Of a stretch of DNA of 64,000 nucleotides, positions 46,370 to 55,527 are shown piece after piece. Source of the DNA: a virus (taxonomy: Duplodnaviria > Heunggongvirae > Uroviricota > Caudoviricetes); IMG/VR virus record IMGVR_UViG_2700989413_000006, positions 1-64,000 of that record. One strand, written 5' to 3'. The translations under genes and the position numbers were made by a program. The notes beneath the pieces are model-generated. The model did no database searches and was not told the DNA's origin. It saw only the letters and a list, made by a program, of their open reading frames with translations. Within the stretch, counting starts at the first letter, position 1. Every line of letters begins with the position of its first letter.

Positions 46370-48427
46370 TTACTTGAGAAGTAATGAGCGAAGCTCGCCA
46401 ATAACCGTGTTAGGTAAGTCGGCAACAGATCTCAAAACGACATTTTTTGGATAGAACTCTTTTACGCTTTGCGTATTGATTCCAATTCCAATAACTTCAA
46501 ATCCTGAGCGAGAAATTTCCTGAACGGTTGTTTTGAGGTGTTTGTTTAGCGTTGGGGTCGGGCCGCTACCATTTGGATTACCATCACTTAACACCATAAT
46601 GATTTTCCGTGCTTCTTTTTGAGCGCTTAGCCGCTGTGCCGCAATTTGAAGACACTCCCCATCAACATTCGTGTTTAAGAACCTAACATGAGGCAACCAT
46701 GCAAAACGATGGCGGTTTTCGAGCGTTAAGCGCTCATTAAACCCTTTAATGACTGGCATATATAAACCTTCCGTTCTTGTGTATCGAATCGTTTTGCCAT
46801 TATGCGTAAAGCTTTCTTTTGCGTGTGGATCACCGTTTTTAGTTGTGAATCCAATAACTTCATGATTAATGTTGAGACGGTCAAGAACAGATGACATTGC
46901 ATATGACGCTTGAGAGGCTGTGTTAATGCGTTCGCCCTTCATTGAACCTGAACAGTCAATTAAGAGGGTTACAGCGACATCTTTGGAACGATTCTCTTGT
47001 TTGCGACGGAATATACGGTCGTCTCTAACAGCTAAACGAGAAAGTGACGCCTGGTTAATTTTTCCTTGCCGTAAACCGTTCTCCCATGTTCTTGCTGATC
47101 GAGCAACCATAAGACGTTCCAAATCTTTTTGAATTGTTCCCGTAATTTTATTGGTTGCTCTATCTAAATCATCCATAAAGGACGATTTGTAATCTCTGCC
47201 AATTTTTAATGTTTCGATAACGTCATATCTGTTTGTATAAACGAGATATGGCGCAGTGCAAGCAAAGTCTTTTGCTTCATTGCTTAACTGAACGGCAAAC
47301 GAGGCGTCAAAATCATTCGCTGACTCCTTGTCGATCTCTTGCAAAATCGCCTTAGCGTCTAAATTAAGCTTTCTTAATTCCTTTTTCTTTTCTGACGTCT
47401 GATTCTCAGAGTCGCTAGACTCGTTGCCTTCATTGCTGTCGCCCTTACCATTCGATTTGTCAGACTTATTTTGGTGGCGCTCACTTTTACCATCTGATTC
47501 GTTCCCACCATCCTCATCTTCGGATTGACCGCCTTTACCTCCATCACCTTGTTCGTCTTGCTCATCAGCATCGCCTGAAGACTCACCGGCACCATCTTCT
47601 TCAGAATCGCCATCATCTCCCTCACCAGCGCCTTGCTGACCGTCTGCATCTGAACCTTCATCTTCGTCAGAATTTCCGCCACCTGAGCCGCCTGGTTGCT
47701 CATCTTCATCTTCGTTAGATTGACCATTTCCTTGTTGATCACATTCTTCTTCCTGTTGTTGATCTTGCGGGGGTTGTTTCTCGTCTTCGGGACTTTTTAG
47801 AGCTTTGTAAATTTCTTTAGCTAAGCGAACGGCATCCTGAGACGACTGCATTGATTGAAGTTGTGGCGCAAGGTGTTTGATGGCAGCATGAATATTTGGC
47901 AACAAATGAATCTTGTCGCGCATATAAATTTCAAAAGTTGATTGACCCGAAAGGCTGCGGAGATATGGAGTGGCCAAGATACCCATAATCTTTGTTTCAT
48001 CAACATCGGGATGCGCCATAACTTCTTTAAATTTCGGAGTAATCATCTCTTCTAAAAAGAAGTGTGCGGTGTGATCTAAGTTAGAACCAGAACCTCTAAA
48101 TTTTTCAGCCATGCATTTTTCGATGCGGGCGTCTTCTAAAATATTTGCGAGACTTTTTAAAAGGTAATCGCCAACGCTATTTAGGGCTTTAAAATCAGAG
48201 AAAAGAACATGTGCAACCTCATGATCTAAGAATCCCTGTATTGCTCTTATAAGTTCTTCTGATGCATTGTCCGAAAGGTACGGTAAATTGATAGAAATCG
48301 GATTTCCATTAATGTCAGACTTGACGTATGCTTCCATACCTATTTGAGTTACTTCAATTTTTTTCTCAATGAGAGCATTTGTGATTGCAACGATAGCGTT
48401 GCGTAAATTAGCAATGCGATTGTTCAT
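46370..48427 (-). CDS. CobT-like VWA-domain protein with a roughly 150-aa acidic low-complexity insertion
   Basis: C-terminal VWA MIDAS motif DCSGSMKGERI; central D/E/G/S/Q-rich region. Confidence 0.6.
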   Translation of the reverse strand: MNNRIANLRNAIVAITNALIEKKIEVTQIGMEAYVKSDINGNPISINLPYLSDNASEELIRAIQGFLDHEVAHVLFSDFKALNSVGDYLLKSLANILEDARIEKCMAEKFRGSGSNLDHTAHFFLEEMITPKFKEVMAHPDVDETKIMGILATPYLRSLSGQSTFEIYMRDKIHLLPNIHAAIKHLAPQLQSMQSSQDAVRLAKEIYKALKSPEDEKQPPQDQQQEEECDQQGNGQSNEDEDEQPGGSGGGNSDEDEGSDADGQQGAGEGDDGDSEEDGAGESSGDADEQDEQGDGGKGGQSEDEDGGNESDGKSERHQNKSDKSNGKGDSNEGNESSDSENQTSEKKKELRKLNLDAKAILQEIDKESANDFDASFAVQLSNEAKDFACTAPYLVYTNRYDVIETLKIGRDYKSSFMDDLDRATNKITGTIQKDLERLMVARSARTWENGLRQGKINQASLSRLAVRDDRIFRRKQENRSKDVAVTLLIDCSGSMKGERINTASQASYAMSSVLDRLNINHEVIGFTTKNGDPHAKESFTHNGKTIRYTRTEGLYMPVIKGFNERLTLENRHRFAWLPHVRFLNTNVDGECLQIAAQRLSAQKEARKIIMVLSDGNPNGSGPTPTLNKHLKTTVQEISRSGFEVIGIGINTQSVKEFYPKNVVLRSVADLPNTVIGELRSLLLK

Positions 48428-48443
48428 AATAGATCCTTAGCGA

Positions 48444-48467
48444 TTCAGTCAGTGATGACTGATTATT
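48444..48467. promoter_or_regulatory. Dyad motif variant ATTCAGTCAGTGATGACTGATTAT
   Basis: Just upstream of the CobT-like ATG. Confidence 0.5.
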
Positions 48468-48586
48468 TATGATCATATTATGACGATTTAGAGTTGGGGT
48501 GTATAGAGTTTTGTTTGGCTTCAGCAAGAGGGCGACAAATCACCGCCTCAATCTTGCTAACTTCACTAATGATATTCTTATAAAAA

Positions 48587-48787
48587 TTATGGATTTATCA
48601 CTCTAACTATACTTTTTGGAGCGCAGGTATTAATTACCTCAATGTCCCCTAAATTCAGATGCTTATAGCGCTTTATAGTGTAAAACCCGTCATTTAGCAG
48701 TGTTTCTACACCTTCTGTTTTTTCTAAAATTTCAGCAAGTTCATCCAAGTCTACAGTTTGGAATTGATCATTCAATGTCACAGTCAT
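48587..48787 (-). CDS. Hypothetical small protein
   Basis: 66 aa, GGTGA SD. Confidence 0.35.
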   Translation of the reverse strand: MTVTLNDQFQTVDLDELAEILEKTEGVETLLNDGFYTIKRYKHLNLGDIEVINTCAPKSIVRVINP

Positions 48788-48897
48788 TTAAATCACCATT
48801 CTGATTTATCAAGATTTTGAAGAGGCTATTAATATACGTCTCATCATTTCAGCCCCGTATATTATAGTTTGGGTTCGCTCAAAAGCTTTTAATAAAA

Positions 48898-49301
48898 TCA
48901 GTCAGAAGTGACTGTTTGAACATTTAAAAGCCAGTTGTTGATCGTATTCATAAATTCTCCTTATGTGATAATTAACAAAACTTAATACAGTGTGAAGTTT
49001 TGTAAGTTGATGGGGTTTATATAAACTGTTAATTTTTAGACAATTTATATAAACGGTTAATTTTAAATAGTTAATTTTGGACTTTCTACATTGCCATATT
49101 GTAATTTTTTCCTTTTTTGACTAAAAAAAATAACAAAAAATCTGGAAAAAATTAGTCCATTCAATCGAATACACTTTGCATTCGCTGCATCTAGTTTGTA
49201 AACTTGGGCGTATATAATTCACGAGTGACTGATTTTTTCTATAAAATTAGTCCCCCCACCACCTATAATAGTGCTGTAATTCAAAATCAGTCAGTTCTGA
49301 G
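48898..49301. promoter_or_regulatory. AT-rich divergent control region with three degenerate copies or half-sites of the dyad motif (48898-48914, 49224-49234, 49286-49301)
   Basis: About 600 bp non-coding, between the minus-strand block and the plus-strand HTH regulator gene. Confidence 0.45.
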
Positions 49302-49388
49302 TATATATTTGGTCTCATGTTCTGGATTATTACAAAGTGAATTACGACTCATCATAGGAAAAATTTAACTCTGTATTTGGAGAGGCAA

Positions 49389-49853
49389 ATGGCTAAAAAT
49401 CGCAACAATATGAACGTGGCAGAATATCTCGCAGACTTAATCGAGAATTCTCCTAAAAGCCAGCGTGAGATTGCTGAGGAAATAGGTTTTAAACGCCCTA
49501 ACGTTTTATCGATGATTAAGAGTGGTGAAACTCGCTTACCGATCGATAAAATCAAGCCTACCGCTTTAGCATTAGGCGAAAACCCTACTCGCCTTCTTAT
49601 ACGCGTTCTAAAAGAATATGCACCGGACTTAATTGATGTTGTCGAGTCAATCACTGGGCAAACTCCATTAACCCCTAACGAAATTAATATCGTCAAAACT
49701 ATTCGCAGTGTAACTATGGAAGACCCTTCTTTTTATGGAGACACTCGTGACAAGTTTGTTGACGTAATTAAGGAAATGGAAAGCGAGACAATTAAGCACC
49801 GCGCTGAGCTTCAAAAAAATAAGGAGGAATCGGCATTCAGATCTCAGAAATGA
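49389..49853 (+). CDS. XRE-family HTH transcriptional regulator (repressor-like)
   Basis: HTH SQREIAEEIGFKRPNVLSMIKSGE; GGAGAGG SD; the track start (49377) is a TTG. Confidence 0.65.
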   Translation: MAKNRNNMNVAEYLADLIENSPKSQREIAEEIGFKRPNVLSMIKSGETRLPIDKIKPTALALGENPTRLLIRVLKEYAPDLIDVVESITGQTPLTPNEINIVKTIRSVTMEDPSFYGDTRDKFVDVIKEMESETIKHRAELQKNKEESAFRSQK

Positions 49854-49877
49854 AACAAGTGTAAATACCTCATTTGC

Positions 49878-49918
49878 CTTCCCTAAAAATGCCCGAATCA
49901 GATCGGGCATTATTTTAT
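49878..49918 (+). terminator. Rho-independent terminator
   Basis: ATGCCCGA-ATCAGA-TCGGGCAT, then TATTTTATGTTTTTT. Confidence 0.65.
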
Positions 49919-50107
49919 GTTTTTTAAATACTTGGCTAACTTTTCGCATATTCACTTCCTCTTACTTTTTCCCAAACTTGAAAACGTTACAAATTCAAAT
50001 TTAGCACAGCTTATCCATTAAAATCCATCATTAAAATAGCTGCATATTCAGAAAAGTCTGTATACGTCGAATGATGACGCACTTTCGTTGTTTCGTCCAT
50101 AAAAAAT

Positions 50108-50150
50108 ATAATAAAAGGCTTCTTTTATTACATTTTTTATTTTTCGACAT
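50108..50150. terminator. Second hairpin plus T-run (AATAAAAG-GCTT-CTTTTATT, then TACATTTTTTATTTTT); a terminator or regulatory hairpin upstream of the recombinase gene
   Basis: Seen in sequence; function uncertain. Confidence 0.35.
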
Positions 50151-50217
50151 GTGGTAGACTGTTTTTATATCCTTTCCGTTTTTGGAAAAATGTAATAAAA
50201 AATTATTTGGTCGATTT

Positions 50218-50802
50218 ATGGCAAGAACAACAACTGGAAAAGCCCCATATGTGTCAGAAGATGATCTTGAGATTACTTTAGCCACTCAAACGGGCGTAAA
50301 TGCATTACGGAACAAATGTGTTTTGTATTTCTCACACTTCCTTGGGCTTCGCGCTAAAGAATTATCAATGTTAAAGGTCGGCGATGTTTACGATGTGAAG
50401 AAGGGTAAGCTGAAGGATATTATTCGATTGCTCGGTAATATTACTAAAGGCAACCGCTACCGAGAGGTATTCCTGGTCAATCCAATCGCTAGATCACTGG
50501 TAGAAGAATACATAACAAAAGAAAGACCAAAGGATCCAGACGCACCTTTATTTTTATCGCAGAAGGGCGGTCCATTCTCACCAAATAGCATGGTGACCAT
50601 GATTAATAACTGTTATAAGAAGGCTGGTATTCAAGCAACCAGCCATTCCGGTCGACGTTCCTTTGCCACAAGGCTAATAAGAAAGGGCGGTGATATTTAT
50701 TCAATTCAACAATTGATGGGGCATAGCTCAATCCTGACCACGCAAAAATATTTTGCATCGGATCCGGAATTGCTCCGCCAAGTTGCTGAAAAGTTAAATT
50801 AA
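50218..50802 (+). CDS. Short tyrosine recombinase (catalytic domain only; Xer-like resolvase or small integrase)
   Basis: Catalytic residues LRAKEL (R), HSGRRSFATRL (H-x-x-R), LMGHSSILTTQKYF (H...Y). The track start at 50182 is a TTG; the ATG lies at 50218. Confidence 0.65.
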   Translation: MARTTTGKAPYVSEDDLEITLATQTGVNALRNKCVLYFSHFLGLRAKELSMLKVGDVYDVKKGKLKDIIRLLGNITKGNRYREVFLVNPIARSLVEEYITKERPKDPDAPLFLSQKGGPFSPNSMVTMINNCYKKAGIQATSHSGRRSFATRLIRKGGDIYSIQQLMGHSSILTTQKYFASDPELLRQVAEKLN

Positions 50803-50806
50803 AATT

Positions 50807-51214
50807 TCAAAAATCTAGTTTTGTGCAGCAGGCTTTGGATTTCAAAGTCTGCATATAGATAGTTGCAGTCTCACCATTATCTAGGTAATCATCCATTCGC
50901 TGCTCAAAATCTTTTTGGTTGTAGAATTTTAATTCATTAATATCAAAGCGGTTTTTATCAAATTCAACGGCAACGGCTTCGTTTTCATTCATGAGCTCCA
51001 GAACCTTATTTGCACCTTGAATGCCGCCAAGCATATCAATTTCGCTCTTGGCTAATTTAAATTCCTGATCATCCAACTCATCAGCAATCTTGTTTGCTTC
51101 TTCTAAAGTTTTCGCACTCGTAGCATCAAAGAACACAACTTCACCATTTGCATTCTGAATCCAAGTACCTATTTCAAAAGTTCCATCTTCTAATTGTCTG
51201 ATTTGATTCTGCAT
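50807..51214 (-). CDS. Hypothetical acidic protein
   Basis: 135 aa. Confidence 0.35.
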   Translation of the reverse strand: MQNQIRQLEDGTFEIGTWIQNANGEVVFFDATSAKTLEEANKIADELDDQEFKLAKSEIDMLGGIQGANKVLELMNENEAVAVEFDKNRFDINELKFYNQKDFEQRMDDYLDNGETATIYMQTLKSKACCTKLDF

Positions 51215-51298
51215 TTTAAGCCTATGAATTTATATGTAAGCAATTAGAACTAATAAACATTTTGTTTTGGTTAAATACAATCTGATTTTTAAATTAAT

Positions 51299-51334
51299 AA
51301 TCTATATAGATTTCTATATAGATTTCTACATATC
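51299..51334. repeat. Tandem 12-bp direct repeats (CTATATAGATTT x2 plus a partial copy) containing the palindrome AATCTATATAGATT; candidate partition site or par operator
   Basis: Immediately upstream of parA. Confidence 0.45.
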
Positions 51335-51416
51335 AATGAATACAAGTTTATACATTGTTATCTAGCGCATTTACTATTACACTACGATTTTCGCCAACGT
51401 TTATGTTGAGGATTTA

Positions 51417-52094
51417 ATGAAATTATTGATCGCCAATTCAAAAGGTGGCGTCGGCAAAACAACTACGGCTACCAATTTGGCTGCATGGATTGCCAATAAT
51501 GAAAAACAAGATGTAGCTCTTGTCGACCTTGACGCCAATAAAAATTCGGTTAAATGGGGGATTTATCGTCAAGCCCAAACTTTCTTAGAAAAGACCGGCT
51601 CAATCAAAACTTATCATTTGTTTGGTCAACCTGAAATTGACAAAGTCATTCCAAAAATTGAAAGTGAAACACCCAACGTAATTCTCGATTGCGGTGGTTA
51701 TGACTCTTCTGGCTTCCGTGAAGCGCTGCTTTGCTCCGATGCCATTCTTATTCCAACTCGCCCTAACCAAGCTGACGTAGAATCAACTGGGGAAATTTTG
51801 GAATTAATTGAAGAAGCAAATAATATCCGTGTAAATGAAAGGGACCTCGATCCACTTCATGTCTACATCTATATCACTCAAGTCCCGACAAATGCACGTA
51901 TCACAGCTTTAGACGATGCGCGTAATGCGTTTAAAGAAGTTGAAGATTTTGCAAAAGTTCTCGATTCAGTAAATTACGACCGTATTGCATATTCAAGAGC
52001 TTATGGCATGGGTCTTGGTGTTATTGAGTTAAATATTGGTGCCTCTAAGGCAGCAGAAGAAGTAAATGCATTGGCTGAGGAGTTGTTCAAATGA
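51417..52094 (+). CDS. parA: ParA/Soj-family partition ATPase
   Basis: Deviant Walker A KGGVGKTT; GAGGA SD. Confidence 0.85.
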   Translation: MKLLIANSKGGVGKTTTATNLAAWIANNEKQDVALVDLDANKNSVKWGIYRQAQTFLEKTGSIKTYHLFGQPEIDKVIPKIESETPNVILDCGGYDSSGFREALLCSDAILIPTRPNQADVESTGEILELIEEANNIRVNERDLDPLHVYIYITQVPTNARITALDDARNAFKEVEDFAKVLDSVNYDRIAYSRAYGMGLGVIELNIGASKAAEEVNALAEELFK

Positions 52095-52519
52095 GTGGAC
52101 GTGGTGGATTATCATTAGGCAAAGCTGCAAAAGTACAAGCTGAAAATTCAAATGCTTCTGATTTTACCAAGAGTGCTCCAGTACAAACTGCAACAGCAAC
52201 GCCAGAAGCTAATGAAAAACCTGTAGATTTTGAAAAGCTTGATGAGCTATCAGGATTAAGCAAACCTAAAGAGAAAAAGGACCGTGAAGCGCCTTGGCGT
52301 CAGGGCATTAATATTGCTCCTGAAGACTTGAAATTAATTCAACGTCCTTTTAACAACAATATTAGCCAAGAAATGTACCTTCGTTTGAACTGGCTTAAAT
52401 CTATCAGCTCCATTGGCATGGGTTCTAACAAGACCACTTTTACAACCATGCTCAATGAAGCTTTAGAAGAATATACGGCTCGTCGAATCAAAAAACTCGG
52501 CGACAATTACGACGTCTGA
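52091..52519 (+). CDS. Small partition partner / centromere-binding protein (ParG/ParB-like, putative)
   Basis: ATGA-coupled to parA. 142 aa; C-terminal NKTTFTTMLNEALEEY. Confidence 0.4.
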   Translation: MSGRGGLSLGKAAKVQAENSNASDFTKSAPVQTATATPEANEKPVDFEKLDELSGLSKPKEKKDREAPWRQGINIAPEDLKLIQRPFNNNISQEMYLRLNWLKSISSIGMGSNKTTFTTMLNEALEEYTARRIKKLGDNYDV

Positions 52520-53127
52520 CCAAGAAATTCAAACCATTCGTCGTAAATAATATTCTCGTATTTTAGGGCAAGCAGTTTGAAGTCAAAACCAAAGGCTTCA
52601 AACACAGCTTGCTCTAAATTTTTGAGCTTTTCATGCTCCTTTTCCTCATTTGATTCCCAAAATAAATAGTTTGTTTTGATACTCACAGGGCAATTTTTAA
52701 TAATTTCTCTCGCTAGTTTTGAGTTTCTAGCCGCCACATTGGCTTGTCTAACTTCTAAGTTTGTCACTTCATCAAGGCTTAATCCTGATTCTAATGAGAA
52801 CAACACAGCCTTTCTTTCAACTTCCTTCAGCTTCAATAAACCAGCAATTAGGTTGCTCACCGTAATGGAATGATCTTTTTTTGATTTAAATCGGGCAATT
52901 TTTACCGAGTTGATTTGGCGGTTATAAATAGCGTCATTAATCTGACTAACCGCGTATTCAATTTCCTTATCAATTTGACTTTCTTCATTTTTAAACTTGA
53001 ATTTAGCAATTACGGCGTTTAATTGATAATTTGTAATTCTTTCAATGTGAGTGGTCCATAATTTCGTAGTTGCCAAATCGCTATTTTTAAGTGCAGGCAA
53101 AACACCAGGAACAGATTTTAGTAGCAT
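52507..53127 (-). CDS. Hypothetical protein
   Basis: 206 aa. Confidence 0.35.
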   Translation of the reverse strand: MLLKSVPGVLPALKNSDLATTKLWTTHIERITNYQLNAVIAKFKFKNEESQIDKEIEYAVSQINDAIYNRQINSVKIARFKSKKDHSITVSNLIAGLLKLKEVERKAVLFSLESGLSLDEVTNLEVRQANVAARNSKLAREIIKNCPVSIKTNYLFWESNEEKEHEKLKNLEQAVFEAFGFDFKLLALKYENIIYDEWFEFLGQTS

Positions 53128-53199
53128 AAAAAAACTCCGAAATTATTGAAATTATCGGAGCATTCTATTTTAGGAAATTTTAATTGTTCATCAAAATGC

Positions 53200-53778
53200 T
53201 TAGGCTATTTTATCTAAATGTCCTGCACGGCGCACATGATCTAAAATCGGCTCTAAGGCATCTTCAATTGTTTCATCATTCTGAATCAACATATCGTACT
53301 GGTTGATTTCGTTTATCCAATGAGATTCGACCTGAATCATGACCTCTAAACGTTCCGCAAGTTTCTGATCTGCTCGAACAATTAAACGTTGTAGACGGCT
53401 TTTAATATCAGCGTCGACAAAAACCCCAAGATATTTAATTTCATTTGCTTTCAGATAACGCTTAATCTTCTTATATCCATTTGGGTCGACAATAATTATG
53501 GCATTTCGATCATCTGGCAAGGTTTTGAAATTATCAATCGTTACGCCATATTCATAATTACCATGTTTATTTGTCTCAAGGAACTGATCAGCCTTTTTTA
53601 GTGCATCAAACTCTGTTTGAGTAATAAAGTGGTAGTGCAAACCATCAACCTCACCTTCCCGTTTCGGCCGTGATGTTGTGGTAACAATACGATTAAACCC
53701 ATATTTCTCGGTCAGCGCGTCAGCAATGGCTGTTTTGCCGCTGCACGTTGTTCCAGATAACAATACAAACATCGTCAT
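53200..53778 (-). CDS. gmk: Guanylate kinase-like nucleoside monophosphate kinase
   Basis: P-loop GTTCSGKT and TTTSRPKREGEVDGLHYHF (compare the E. coli Gmk segment S.TTR.PR.GEV.G..Y.F). Confidence 0.75.
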   Translation of the reverse strand: MTMFVLLSGTTCSGKTAIADALTEKYGFNRIVTTTSRPKREGEVDGLHYHFITQTEFDALKKADQFLETNKHGNYEYGVTIDNFKTLPDDRNAIIIVDPNGYKKIKRYLKANEIKYLGVFVDADIKSRLQRLIVRADQKLAERLEVMIQVESHWINEINQYDMLIQNDETIEDALEPILDHVRRAGHLDKIA

Positions 53779-53811
53779 ACCTCATAAGAAGAGGCGGTAG
53801 AACCGCCCCAA

Positions 53812-55515
53812 TTAATCCCGATCAATACACTTCCAACCTTGGAAACTTCCGCTTGAATAAGGGATGCAATCTGTAAATGCATAGTAATCATATTGGAAAC
53901 CAATCTTACGCGATTTCTTCTGTGTAGATGAAGAAGAAACAGGCATCGGTTTAGCAGGCGTTGTAACAGGCTTCACAGAACGAATCGTACTAGGTTTTGT
54001 CACGGTCTTAACTGGACTAGAACGAAAACTTGTAGTGGTCGGAGCGCGTGTGGACGAGCTGCTGTAAGACCGCGCAAAAGATGTCGAAGGACGAGCTGAG
54101 GATACAGACGCTGCTCTCGCTACCACCACCGCTTCACTTTCTGCCAGCTTCTTGGCAGCTTCGATAGCGTTTTTGAATTGCTCTTCAATACGTTTTAAAT
54201 CATCAGCTTCCGTTTTATCGATTCGATAGCAGTCCTCAACCATACGCGGCAAATACAACGAGTAATTCTGGTTACTGTTGGATGGACGCATAATGGCATT
54301 TGAACGCACAGTGATTATTCGACCAATCCAGTCACTAGGGTTTGCATCCACCTCGTCGCGCATTTTTTCATTCTTGATGGCGACATCCACAATGACTTGA
54401 CCACATGCAGATTTACAATGCAAAGCTCCAGCTCTCCCTTGGTTCTTTGAACCCACCTTACCCGGATTAATGCTCACGACCTCCAGCTCACAATCCGCAT
54501 CAAGTTTTAATTTAACTTGGTGTTTACTTGTACCGTCTCTCCAGTGACCTTCTGGATGCTTGATTACCAGCCCCTCTTTGCCCTGCATAAGTACATTAAA
54601 GAAGTGATCGTAAGTCTCGCTCAATGAGTGGACAACATGCGTATCAATCAGCCGCACATACTTAGGCTTAAACTTGGCCAGCATCGATTTAATCAGTGCA
54701 ATACGGCGTTTATATGCTGCTTCAAATTTTCCCTTTGACTTAACAGAGCTAAGCGGAATGAAGTCCCAAATCATATAGATCGGTTTTTCATTTTCAGCAA
54801 ATGAGCCACCCTTTGTGACCGAATTCAAGATGCCATTTCCTACCTTGCGCGGCAGAACTACACCATCACGCTCGACAAGTAGTTCGCCATGATATTGGAC
54901 ATCTTTGATCAGCATATTCATTTCCGCAGTAAGGTCGGAAAAATGCTCCATAGGTAACGGCGTGCCCTGGCGTGAGGACAAGAAGAACTTCTCTTCTAAA
55001 TTGGTCCCGTTGGCAAACATGCCATCAGCTTTTTCTTGCAAATAAATGCCATCTTTCCACGGCCATGCCTTCAGCTTTACTTCACTAGGCAATGAACAGC
55101 GTTGGTATGGAAATACAGGAATCAAATCAGGCACGACTTTGTTGATCGTTGCATCACTAAAACCTGCACGTAAATCTTTTCTTAAAATTCGAATTAAAAG
55201 CTCGCCTGACTTCTCTGATAATTGAGCCAGTTGGCTACGCAGCGCTTCGCGCGCTGCATTGCCTGTTAGTTCACGGTTATTAAGCTTAGATAGGAACTCA
55301 AGGGTATCAACCTCATCAAACATTAACTCCCCTGTTCCTGCATCTTCTGCTTTTGGCAAAATTCCAAAGACAATAAACGGGTCATATGCCAAACGCAGAA
55401 CTTCTCTGAACAACCCCTTTTCTGCTTCAAAATCCATGAGTAAAGCTAGTTTTTCATTTTTTGAGCTTTCAGATGCAATTTGGTTTAAAGCCTCTAGTAA
55501 CTGATCGCTATTCAT
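53812..55515 (-). CDS. ATP-dependent DNA ligase (putative) with an S/T-rich linker and a Cys-containing C-terminal extension
   Basis: Motif I KADG, III HGELLVERDG, IV EGLVIKHPEG, V QVKLK. The C-terminal roughly 110 aa are Ser/Thr/Pro-rich and end in a Cys-containing segment. Confidence 0.55.
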   Translation of the reverse strand: MNSDQLLEALNQIASESSKNEKLALLMDFEAEKGLFREVLRLAYDPFIVFGILPKAEDAGTGELMFDEVDTLEFLSKLNNRELTGNAAREALRSQLAQLSEKSGELLIRILRKDLRAGFSDATINKVVPDLIPVFPYQRCSLPSEVKLKAWPWKDGIYLQEKADGMFANGTNLEEKFFLSSRQGTPLPMEHFSDLTAEMNMLIKDVQYHGELLVERDGVVLPRKVGNGILNSVTKGGSFAENEKPIYMIWDFIPLSSVKSKGKFEAAYKRRIALIKSMLAKFKPKYVRLIDTHVVHSLSETYDHFFNVLMQGKEGLVIKHPEGHWRDGTSKHQVKLKLDADCELEVVSINPGKVGSKNQGRAGALHCKSACGQVIVDVAIKNEKMRDEVDANPSDWIGRIITVRSNAIMRPSNSNQNYSLYLPRMVEDCYRIDKTEADDLKRIEEQFKNAIEAAKKLAESEAVVVARAASVSSARPSTSFARSYSSSSTRAPTTTSFRSSPVKTVTKPSTIRSVKPVTTPAKPMPVSSSSTQKKSRKIGFQYDYYAFTDCIPYSSGSFQGWKCIDRD

Positions 55516-55527
55516 TGCTACACCTTA

